Shown here piece after piece: positions 1 through 10,106 of a stretch of DNA of 64,000 nucleotides; position 1 is the stretch's first letter; each line of letters starts with the position of its first letter. A program made the translations under genes and the position numbers. The stretch is from assembly GCF_009914755.1 (NCBI RefSeq), contig NC_060925.1. One strand, given 5' to 3'. This DNA is from the human T2T-CHM13v2.0 reference genome, Homo sapiens. Below the pieces are notes generated by a model. That model was given only the letters and a program-made list of their open reading frames with translations. It made no database searches and had not been told where the DNA came from.

Positions 1-289
1 AGGCTGTAGAGAACTAACTGAGGTGGGTATATTTAGACAGGCCTTCTCTGACCAGCCTCCTATAGTGAAATCTCCAACCCCTCCTGTGCAGGAGCAGACC
101 CACCAGCTAGGGCCATCTAGGCATGGTCTTATTTTTAAGCAGCCTTTCTCTCTGCTTCCCAGAATAGCCGACTTTCATCTCAGGTTCCAGCTTTCTGGGA
201 GCCTTCTCTTTGCTCTTTGATCTCTACCTGCAGCCTAGCACAGACGAAGATAATGATAACAATAAGTCATGCACACATACCACTTACTA

Positions 290-410
290 TGGGCGGGACA
301 CTGTTCTAAGCACTTTTACAAATTGTAATTCATTGACTCTTCATAACAACTTCATGAAAAAGACACGATTATTAATCTCCATGTTACAGATGAGGAGACA
401 GAAGCCCACA
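290..410. mobile_element. MIR fragment
   Basis: MIR-like core 'attattaatctccatgttacagatgaggagacagaagccca'. Confidence 0.6.
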
Positions 411-791
411 CAAAAATAAAGATAGATTGCATTCGTAGACCCCTTTTACTTTTTTAGATTACTTTCATGTGCATTTTTTTCATAGGTTGGTCACAAAATA
501 TATTTTCATATTTTGCTCCTTGGAAAGTTGATTGAGCAAGTTATTTTCTCTTTATAGAGAGACAGAAAGCTCACATTCTACTTACTAGGGGGAATGGATA
601 ACATAAAATATTTAGAATACATGTATGTATTCTAAAAAATGTATGATACATTTTCTACAATTACTGGAATTATTATATAATTAGAAAAGAAATAATACTT
701 AAAAATATAGTATGGCAAGTTTGATGATAGACGTCAAGGCATGAAGATCTTTGGAAACACCAAAGAAGTTACTGTAGAAAGCAGGGGATGC

Positions 792-1206
<415 letters not shown>

Positions 1207-1383
1207 TCAGGATAATGGTATAGTCTGCGTGAGAATTACTTGCTTTATAGATCATCCATGGCTTCGTTTTCCCACTAAGTAATTTCCTACCACTGTAAGT
1301 TCAGCTAATTCAGCTTTTCCACCCAGTTTCCTGAGTCTGCAGGTCCCAAGAACATGTGTTTACTTCTTTTCCACCCTTCTCAG

Positions 1384-1564
1384 AATGTGAGCCCATCGAG
1401 GCCATTGCCAAGTTTGACTACGTGGGCCGGACAGCCCGAGAGCTATCCTTTAAGAAGGGAGCATCCCTGCTGCTTTACCAGCGGGCTTCCGACGACTGGT
1501 GGGAAGGCCGGCACAATGGCATCGACGGACTCATCCCCCATCAGTACATCGTGGTCCAAGACAC
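1384..1564 (+). CDS. SRGAP2: SRGAP2 coding exon, SH3 domain ([26 protein letters not shown]...DDWWEG...[13 protein letters not shown])
   Basis: cttctcag| acceptor and AC|gtacgt donor; SH3 motifs (AKFDY, ELSF, WW, GLIP); ends in phase 2. Confidence 0.96.
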
Positions 1565-3061
1565 GTACGTTGGGCCCATGGCATCTTTGGGGGTGGTCCC
1601 CAGCTGCTCTATGGGAGTGAGACTTCATTTCTGGAGCCATAGGACTATGAGGGAGGCCAACCCCTGGGGGGTCCAGTGCAGTCCTGAGGCTCACACAGTT
1701 CCTTGAAGAGCACCCCCCCCACCCCCCGCCCCACTCCCTGCACTCAGTGGAGAATTTTTTTAAATCTCTCCACTATCTGTGCCCCCTGCAAATCACCCCC
1801 TAATCCAGTCATTTTAGAAACCTGCCAGCCAGCCAGCACTCATCCATATTTATACCTGATGAGTGATAACAAGGGGTTTTTATTTGACCACCTATATTTC
1901 TTTTCTCGAAAGATCAGGCTGGGAAAACATTTTTGTTACTCTCTTTTTTTTTTAAACAACTATGCTCACCCCAACCTGTTGAGCCACTCTTCCACTTGCA
2001 AATTAAAATGACTGGTTTTCTAGGAGAAATCCGGCTTAAGCAGCCTTATGGAAGTGACCTAGTTCATTTAACCGAGATGAGGTTGATATAGGGTAAGATG
2101 GGGGAAGGAGGGAAAAGGATGTCAAGGAACAAAGGAAACCTGAACTGGTCCCAGAGAGATCTCATCTGATAGGCTGTTGGTTGATTCTCACACTTTGAAG
2201 CAGTTGTCCCGTGGGCCCACCCAAGCCTGCCCCCTGTCCGTTTGCCCTGTCTCTGTCCCCAGCTCCCCTCCCTTGGATACGATGCTGTCAGTGTTTTTAG
2301 TCCTTCCCTTAATATTATTTTTTAAAGGTTGATATCCTGAGTGAGTCTGCACCCTCCCAGCCTCTTCCCGGCTCGTTCTGCAGGGAAATCCTCCCTCTGT
2401 TGATAGCATCGCAAACCTGGTGGCAATCTGTGCGTGGACAGGACCCTCCCAAATTTAGCATTATGACTTCACCACAGGATCAAGAGAAGATGAATTGTGG
2501 GGGAGAAGGGGCTTTCTTTGTCATCAGTAGCCAGAGGGGCCAGGAGAGCAGTGGAGAGACCTGGGACCGGCTTGGATGCTCTGAGCGGGGCTAGAGGCGC
2601 TACGACAGTGTGTGGCGGTGTCCTGCCACGACGCCGCCGTCTCCAGAGCCACCACACAGTTGACTGTCCTTACCCGGCAGTGCTCAGGACCTCAGCCGAT
2701 AAACCACAACCTGGACTTGCCGCCTCCTTCTCCAGGAGGCCGCCCCAGCACGGCCTCCCCAGGAAGCAGCATGGGGTAGAAGGCAGATGCCTCGAATCCA
2801 GGTGTCCCCTAGCCACGCTTTCCTGAGGAGCTGAGGAGCCCGCAGAACTCAGCGGATTATTTATTTTTATTTAAACGACCCTTCAAAGGCCCTTAGGTTT
2901 CCTTGCCTCTGCTCACAGAACTAGTCCAGCCAGGTGTCGCTGCTGCCTCAGAGCTGTGTGGGGTCGCGTGTATGTCGGGGGGCCATCTTGCCGATTTAAC
3001 GCTGCTTTTTGTGTTGTTGTTGTTTTCCCTCCTCCCTGCCTGCCTGCCCCTTCTCCCCCAG

Positions 3062-3208
3062 CGAGGACGGTGTCGTGGAGAGGTCCAGCCCCAAGTCTGA
3101 GATTGAGGTCATTTCTGAGCCACCTGAAGAAAAGGTGACAGCCAGAGCGGGGGCCAGCTGTCCCAGTGGGGGTCATGTAGCCGATATTTATCTTGCAAAC
3201 ATCAACAA
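3062..3208 (+). CDS. SRGAP2: SRGAP2 coding exon (EDGVVERSSPKSEIEVISEPPEEK...YLANIN)
   Basis: Long pyrimidine tract ending ccccag|; AA|gtaagc donor; 147 nt, phase 2-2, in frame with both neighbours. Confidence 0.94.
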
Positions 3209-3975
3209 GTAAGCTCTGCTTTTCATTTTCTGCTCCCCTGAATGACTTGCAACACCCAGCCTCACCCTCTGGCCTAACCCCCATCTCCATTCCTGTGCTG
3301 CACGTAGGGCTCCCAGCTCCCCCAGCCTAACAGTTTGCATGTGGTCATTGCTGCTGCAAGGCGGACAGGGCTGAGGATGCTGCTACAAGCCTCGGGGCAG
3401 GTCCAGGTCTCCAGCTAGCTGCCCTCGTGCTGTGGAAGGGTGCTTTACTGTGTGTTCCCGCAGTGTCTGTCCACCCAGACCTTTGTGGCAGTCTTACAGC
3501 TAAAACTTTGACCAAAGCTTTGGTCACTTTATGCAACCTGGTTTTGTACTGTTTCTCAGAGGTGCCTTCTTTTTTCCAATCCATACTCAAATAATAGTCT
3601 TTGATGTCTGTCTTCCTTGACCCGTGTTCGTGCAAAGATTCAGAGTCTGTGTGTGGCTTCTACTAGGCTGATGTTACACCAGGTGGGTTTATTGAGATAT
3701 CATGTGTCTGTTCCTCCCCCTGTCCTGCATTCACTCCTGTGGAGGAAAGGAGGCCACGATGTCCCTAAGGAAAGCTTTGTCCTGAGCTCTTCATTCATTG
3801 GCTAACCCCTAGCTCCCTTTTCTTCTGCCCTTTCACACCAGGAGAAATAATTTTCCATTTTGTTCCTATTGCTTTGGCCTTTTGTATTATTCTACCCCCT
3901 TAGTCCCTTTGCAGATCCCCACTCCTGCTCAGCAGGCTCTTACCTCTGACCCCCAGCTTTCATTGTGGCTGTTAG

Positions 3976-4216
3976 CAACATCCTGGGGTTTAAACTCCAC
4001 CCACGCCCGATCTGGCTGTCTAGAGGGATTCTACGCCTGCGTGCTGCCGCCTCCCCAAGAGGCATTCAGGTTATTGGAGAACTAATCTCATCTCAAGGGG
4101 CCAGACACCAAGTCCCAAAGCCTACAGACCTCTTTCCGCCAGGCCCTGAAACCTGGCCCCGTGCCAGCAGGATGACAAGCCCCAGGGCGCTCCTGATGAA
4201 TATGGATTGGAGATGA
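3976..4216 (+). CDS. SRGAP2: Candidate SRGAP2 alternative last exon (80 new C-terminal residues)
   Basis: ctctgac branch point and ttag| acceptor; in frame after the phase-2 donor at 3208; stop at 4214-4216; AATAAA at 4315-4320. Confidence 0.45.
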
Positions 4217-6554
4217 TGTACAGTTTTTATTCCCCTCTGGCTTTTGAGGAATGAAATGATTTGCACTTTGAAAACCTGTTAACCGTAGCCTCTGGACACT
4301 GAGACTGGAAGGAGAATAAAGGATGCTTGTTGTTTTTAAACTATACCAGGTTTCCCAGATCTCTTGGCTTTTTTCCACCCAGACGGTAGCAGGGGGAGTG
4401 GTTGGGGCACGTGGCTCTTTTCCATCTCTTTCACCCTCAAGTTAGTAAAGTCGTTTATTCAGATCACTTACTCAGTGTAGTTATAATTTAATTCAGACCA
4501 GTTAAAAAAAAGTTGAGAAGTTTCTGTTTCCCTCCAGCACACTGCCCTGCTGGGAGGGCAAGCCAATATCAAGTAACTGTGGGCTAATCACATTTTTTTC
4601 CTTATTTACAATTCTGTGTTAAATTGTAACCCTACAATCAAAAGGTCGTGATCCTATAATTAACTCAGAAACCAAGGCGGGGTTGGTGGAGGAAGAGTTA
4701 GATAATTAGTTAAGTACATATTTTTAAGCCATCATATATTTGATGCCATTTGTGCATAGAAATTGTAGAGAGTAATAACTGAAATGGTAAACAGAAGAAG
4801 AAAAAAAAAGAGTATCTGTAGACAGTTAAGGTGGTTCCCTTGAACTCCTTGTTTGCTGGTGTCAGGAGTCTTGGGATGGGGTTCTTGGAGGACAAGCCTC
4901 ATCACCTGGTGGGTGGGTGAGCGGTGGCCCCGGGGCATGTCTGGCCCTTAGAAGTGAGTCGGCCTTTGAGTCTTACCTCCTGCCCCCCACGCCACTCCTC
5001 CTCCCAAATTCCTTGAGTTTCCCGAGTGCCCAGGTTCTCTTTCGCCCCTGGGCGCTCACGCCTGCTGTCTCCTCACCTGGTCACCTCCTCATCTCCCTTC
5101 AAGACTCAGTCCGAAGACTTAGCTCTTTGGGGAAGCCATTCTGACATCCCTGACTTCCCCAGGCTGAGTGAGGTGCCCTTATGCTGCATTCCAAAGACAC
5201 TTTGAATACCTTTTGGTACTCACGCTTCACTCAGATCCCCCACCAGATTGAGCTCCTTGAACCCAGGAACTATATCTTCCTTTTCTTTACATCCCCAGGG
5301 CCTAGCCTGGGACATGGCACACCACAGCCACCCCATAAATCTGTCTTCTCAGCAGTTTCAGCCCATGAGTCAGCTATCCTCAAGCAGAAAAAGGAAATCA
5401 GCAAAGAGCTATTAGGGTGTGGCACTTCCATTTAATTCTACACATTTATTAAGTATCTACTGTTGTGCCAAGCACTGCTGGTGTTTATTCAGAGATAAAA
5501 AAGACGAGGTCCCTGATCTCAGAGCTCACAGTCTGGCAAGGTAAAGACCCTATGGACAGGTAACTGACAGGTAGCATCAGATGCTCTGAAGGTACAGAGG
5601 AGGGAGGGGTCCATTCTTCCTGCAACTGGAGTTAGTGGTGCAGTGGTGCCAGTGCAGTTGGAGTTAGTGGTGCCAGGGAAATCCTTGCAGAGAGGGGGTT
5701 CATTTCAGCAGGGCCTTAGAAGACTCTGAGAACATCCTTTTTCCACTCGAGAGCGGCTGAGTCACAAGCCTAAAACTGCCGAGTGGACAGACTCACGGAG
5801 TGACTGATACATGCCAGGTCCTGGGCCAGGCCCTGCAGGCAGAAAGATGAGGAAGACCTCAGCAGTGAACAGGACTAGGACTGGCTTAGAGCACTGTCCC
5901 CACCTCACAGACCAGCTCCTTATCTTCAGAGTCTAACCCCTTCCCTCCTTCCACCTCAACTCCTGCCTCAGCCCCCATCTCTCTTAGATTCAAGATCAGA
6001 GCTGTTCAGCAGCCATCCAAATCAGAAGTTTCATTGCCTCTTAGATTAGACCTTTTCAGATCTGATTCCAAGACAAAATGAAATTATCCAGCAGCAGGCA
6101 ACACCCATGTAACTGGGATTCTGCCAAGCCATTTTGTCTGAGAGCCCTAAGTGGTCTGAAACAAATTCGCCCAGATCCAGGGTTCAGCCCAGTGCTGGGT
6201 GACTTGGGAGTCATGTAGAGGTATTTCCACACTAAGAAAACGCACAAACTGGGCCCCAACTCTGCAGTGTTGCTGCCTCTTGAAAACTATTCTGCTCCAT
6301 GCCTACAGAATAAGCAACAACAGCCTCTTGCCAGAGCCCAAAACAGTTACAGTCTTTTTGGAAAAAGAGACATGCTAAAATTTAGAAAAGTTAACTATCC
6401 TCTTACCAGCAATCTTGACCTCTTTGGTGATGGTGAGACTTCTTCTCCTAGCTGGGGCCTTAGGTTTCTGTTCATGGCAGGTCACAGAAGGGGCCTTTCC
6501 ATGAATCTCTTTCCCATTAGAAACCTTCGCTTAATCAGACATTTTTTCTGACAG

Positions 6555-6593
6555 CAACTTACATCTTGACAACACAAAGCCCGTGACCACCAA
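6555..6593 (+). CDS. SRGAP2: Candidate 39-nt in-frame SRGAP2 microexon (NNLHLDNTKPVTT)
   Basis: ttttttctgacag| acceptor, CAA|gtaagt donor, phase 2-2, no stop codon. Confidence 0.6.
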
Positions 6594-6806
6594 GTAAGTA
6601 TCCATTTCTCCTTCACCCAGCTTGGGGGTGGCAAGGGAATGAAGACATGGAGAATGCAAGAGAAGATGAAGCCGAGGAGAGAACGAGTTCTGTGTCCCTC
6701 TCCTTCCGAAGTCCCTGGGTGCCAACATCTGCCCCCTCCCACTTATCCTAGCTTCCTTGGAGCCAGGGCTCCCTGATCACACTGCCCTTTCTGTTTGTGA
6801 TTGAAG

Positions 6807-7131
6807 GCAAAGGAAGCGTCCAGAATCTGGGAGCATCCGGAAAACTTTTCGGAGTGACAGCCATGGGCTGAGCAGTTCCCTGACTGACTCCTCCTCCCCA
6901 GGGGTGGGGGCTAGCTGCCGCCCATCCTCCCAGCCCATCATGAGCCAGAGCCTCCCCAAAGAAGGGCCAGATAAGTGTTCCATCAGTGGGCACGGGAGCC
7001 TCAACTCCATCAGCCGCCACTCATCCCTGAAGAATCGGCTGGATAGTCCACAGATCCGGAAGACTGCCACAGCGGGAAGGTCAAAAAGCTTCAATAACCA
7101 TCGGCCCATGGACCCTGAGGTCATTGCTCAG
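6807..7131 (+). CDS. SRGAP2: SRGAP2 penultimate coding exon (QRKRPESGSIRK...TAGRSKSFNNHRPMDPEVIAQ)
   Basis: ttgaag| acceptor, CAG|gtaact donor; 325 nt, phase 2 to 0, open frame. Confidence 0.94.
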
Positions 7132-9219
7132 GTAACTGTGGGCTCCTGGACAGACAGCATGAGTCTACATTCATCACTACCACTTAGTGCCACCCACCTA
7201 ATTATGACAGGACTTGAAACAGAATGATTATTTTGTATGTGATATACTGAGTATATGTCCACTCTGGACATGTGGACCCAATAAGACAGCTTAATAAGTG
7301 GTCTGCCTGTCCCTCTCTCCCCAGGAAGAACCTAAAGACAGAATAAAAGAAGCCTAGCTTCTTGCTCATACACTGGCTATTAGGAAGGCTGTTGTAATTT
7401 TTAAAGCCGGTATTAAGAGTATTTTGAAAGCCCAAGTTTTGAGTCTAAAGACCTTGGTAGACTTTAGTGAAACTGCCCGACTGTTGAGGATCAGGTGTAA
7501 TCCTGGCCACATGTTTATATTGCTGTGCCCATCACCATCATCCCGATTCCTAAGGCTAGTCTCTGGTACCGAATGGGTAGATGATCAATTAAGAACCTGC
7601 ACCTGGTTTTAAAGACCTAAAAAATACTCTGGCTGCAGAGAGCTCTGGTAACCAAAAGGATTTGCAGCCCAAGCCTCCAGAGGCTATGGAGATGAGCTCC
7701 CTGGTTGCAGGGTCTTCCTTCTGTGTATGCACCGCACTGATGACTCTCTGTTTTCCATGAAATATTAGAGATCCAACCCCACCTCTAAAAATCCGACTAC
7801 CGGGGCCACTCCAAGCAGTTCACTCAGACGTCTCTCCCAACTATATAATTTTCATTAGACCAGGTAGGAACTAAGGGCTTATTGTTGCCTTCTTATCTCA
7901 ACTGAGTTGAGATTCTCCTTACCCCATCTTCCAGGGGGTGATAGAGGCTGGGCATGGTCTCTCTTGGCTTAATTGTGGTTCTCTGCTTACGGAGATGTAC
8001 CTGGCAAGCCCAGTATTGAGCTACAGGCCTGAGATGTCTTGCTTTGCTAGCCTTCTATTCTGTGCCTCTATTTAAGCTCTTGGCTGCAATCTGCCTTGCG
8101 CTACGGGAATCCTCCCAGCTCCCTCCTTGGCCAGGTGTTAATAGGAATGTCAGGAAAGGTAGACAGCTGGGACAGACTAGCTGTAGAGTGCGACTGAGGA
8201 GGGAGATGGAGTTCTTCCTGAGCATTTTAAAGGTTTGAGAATGTCATAGGGATGAGTGAAACTGAATCACTGTGAACAGAAAGCATGCATCGGTCTGTAC
8301 GACAAAGAAACCTTAACCAAAGGCCTTCGCTTGGAATGTGTAAAATCTTTCCATGTGAACCTAATCCCAAGAAGAAATCCTGTGGTAGTTTGGGGGTGCC
8401 AGACACAGGTTTATGGGGAGGGAGCGGGGAGCTGGGAAGTCTCACTGGAAGGCAGCTGGCTTGCATACAAAGGTTCTTTGGTTCTGCCTTGAGTCCCTGG
8501 GCTAGGACTGCTGTTGGCTAAAGATCTAGAGTGTTCCATTGATTTGCAGGCAATTGATTCACCTATGTGGGCTTTGGCTCCCCTTCCTGGTCATTCTTTG
8601 GTCCGCTTGGTGGTGATGGCTGGAAGGAAATGGTTTCAAATTGGACACTGCCCTGAGTTGGGGAGGAGGGGCGGGGGGAGGCGTATTGGGCTCCTGAAAC
8701 TTTCCTCAGCCCCTGAGGAGGAAGGACTAACCCTCTTCACCTTTGGCCTTGAAGTCCAAGAGAATAAAGATCATACATCATCTCTACCACTTTTTAAAAA
8801 AGTGTTTATTATGTACAATTTCAAACCTACCCAAAAGCAGACAGAACTGGATAACAAATCCCCATGTACTCATCACCAAACTCCTGGCCATTCTTACTTT
8901 GTCCGTGTTTCTCTTCCCCACTAGATTATATGTCACTTCGTCGATAAGTATTTCAATATCTATCTCTAAAACCTAGGGTCTCTAAAAAAATATCAATTAC
9001 TTTTTCTAAAGGAAAAAAAAAATCTCATGACAGTGAAAATCCCTCCGTCCCCCTTTCCCTACTTCCTGAGCATTCATATGTTCAAAGATTTAGGCCAAGT
9101 ACAATAATCTGGACATCTTACGGTCATTTTCTTCATGCCTTGGCCTGTGTTGTTGAAACCGGCTCCTTGGGGAATTCTCCCCTCATTTGCCTCACCTCCT
9201 CCTTTTTCCTGTTTTGCAG

Positions 9220-9603
9220 GATATTGAGGCAACAATGAACTCGGCCCTGAATGAGCTACGGGAACTAGAACGGCAGAGCAGTGTCAAACACACCCCTGAC
9301 GTGGTTCTGGACACCTTGGAGCCCCTCAAAACCTCCCCAGTGGTGGCCCCCACGTCAGAGCCCTCCAGCCCTCTGCACACCCAGCTCCTCAAGGACCCCG
9401 AGCCCGCCTTCCAGCGCAGCGCCAGTACTGCTGGGGACATCGCCTGCGCCTTCCGGCCTGTCAAGTCTGTCAAGATGGCTGCCCCGGTCAAACCACCAGC
9501 CACACGGCCCAAGCCCACTGTCTTCCCCAAAACAAATGCCACTAGCCCTGGTGTCAACTCATCAACTTCCCCACAGTCTACTGACAAGTCTTGTACTGTC
9601 TGA
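9220..9603 (+). CDS. SRGAP2: SRGAP2 last coding exon (DIEATMNSALNELRELERQ...TDKSCTV*)
   Basis: ttttgcag| acceptor; srGAP-family C-terminal coiled coil; TGA at 9601-9603. The truncated SRGAP2B/C/D duplicates lack these exons, so this is the full-length gene. Confidence 0.96.
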   Translation, partial: DIEATMNSALNELRELERQSSVKHTPDVVLDTLEPLKTSPVVAPTSEPSSPLHTQLLKDPEPAFQRSASTAGDIACAFRPVKSVKMAAPVKPPATRPKPTVFPKTNATSPGVNSSTSPQSTDKSCTV

Positions 9604-10042
9604 GGGATAATAATTTAATTGTTCTAGACAAGGGGACTATAGGGACTGACTGTTATTAAAATCTTCCTATTTAACTAGCTTGGGGACTTCAGTTGAAAAT
9701 TAGGTTCTAAGTTGTTCTTGCAGGAATTAGCCTCCCCGTCTCCCAAAACCTTGAGAATGAAGCCCTTGGTATCGCCTCTCCCTTCCCACTGCCCTCTGCT
9801 TCCCCCAGTCGTCGTAATTCAGCCAGCTGCAGTCCGTACCGTTCTTAGGTTAGCCAGAGACAGGTTTTCATTATCAGGTCACTGTGAAATCTGGTAAGGC
9901 AGTCCTGAGGACATGGGCTCAAGTCTCAGTCCCCTCAGACCACGGTGATGCCTTGACCAGATGGTTGGCTACTGCCATCCAGCTTTCAGTGGCATCTTGT
10001 TTTGGGAACTGATTATAGAGAATCATATATAGTCCAGTCTTC

Positions 10043-10106
10043 ATTTTACATACACACACATATTTTACACACACACACATTTTACACACACACACACACA
10101 CACACA
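10043..10106 (+). repeat. Compound ATTTT(AC)n microsatellite in the SRGAP2 3'UTR
   Basis: Three ATTTT(AC)n blocks. Confidence 0.9.

Noticed and set aside
5627-5673. Direct repeat TGGAGTTAGTGGTGC x2
   Set aside because: Small slippage duplication within degenerate L2-like sequence; no functional cue.
1384-9603. Possibility that this is a human-specific SRGAP2B/C/D duplicate
   Set aside because: Those copies are truncated in the F-BAR region; the SH3 and tail exons next to IKBKE identify the ancestral gene.
9589-9603. SRGAP2 C-terminus SCTV as a PDZ class I or CaaX motif
   Set aside because: The residue at -2 is Cys rather than Ser/Thr, and the Cys is not at -3, so it fits neither consensus.
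9192-9610. Antisense 131-aa and alternative-frame 109-aa ORFs over the last SRGAP2 exon
   Set aside because: Shadow ORFs of a GC-rich coding exon.
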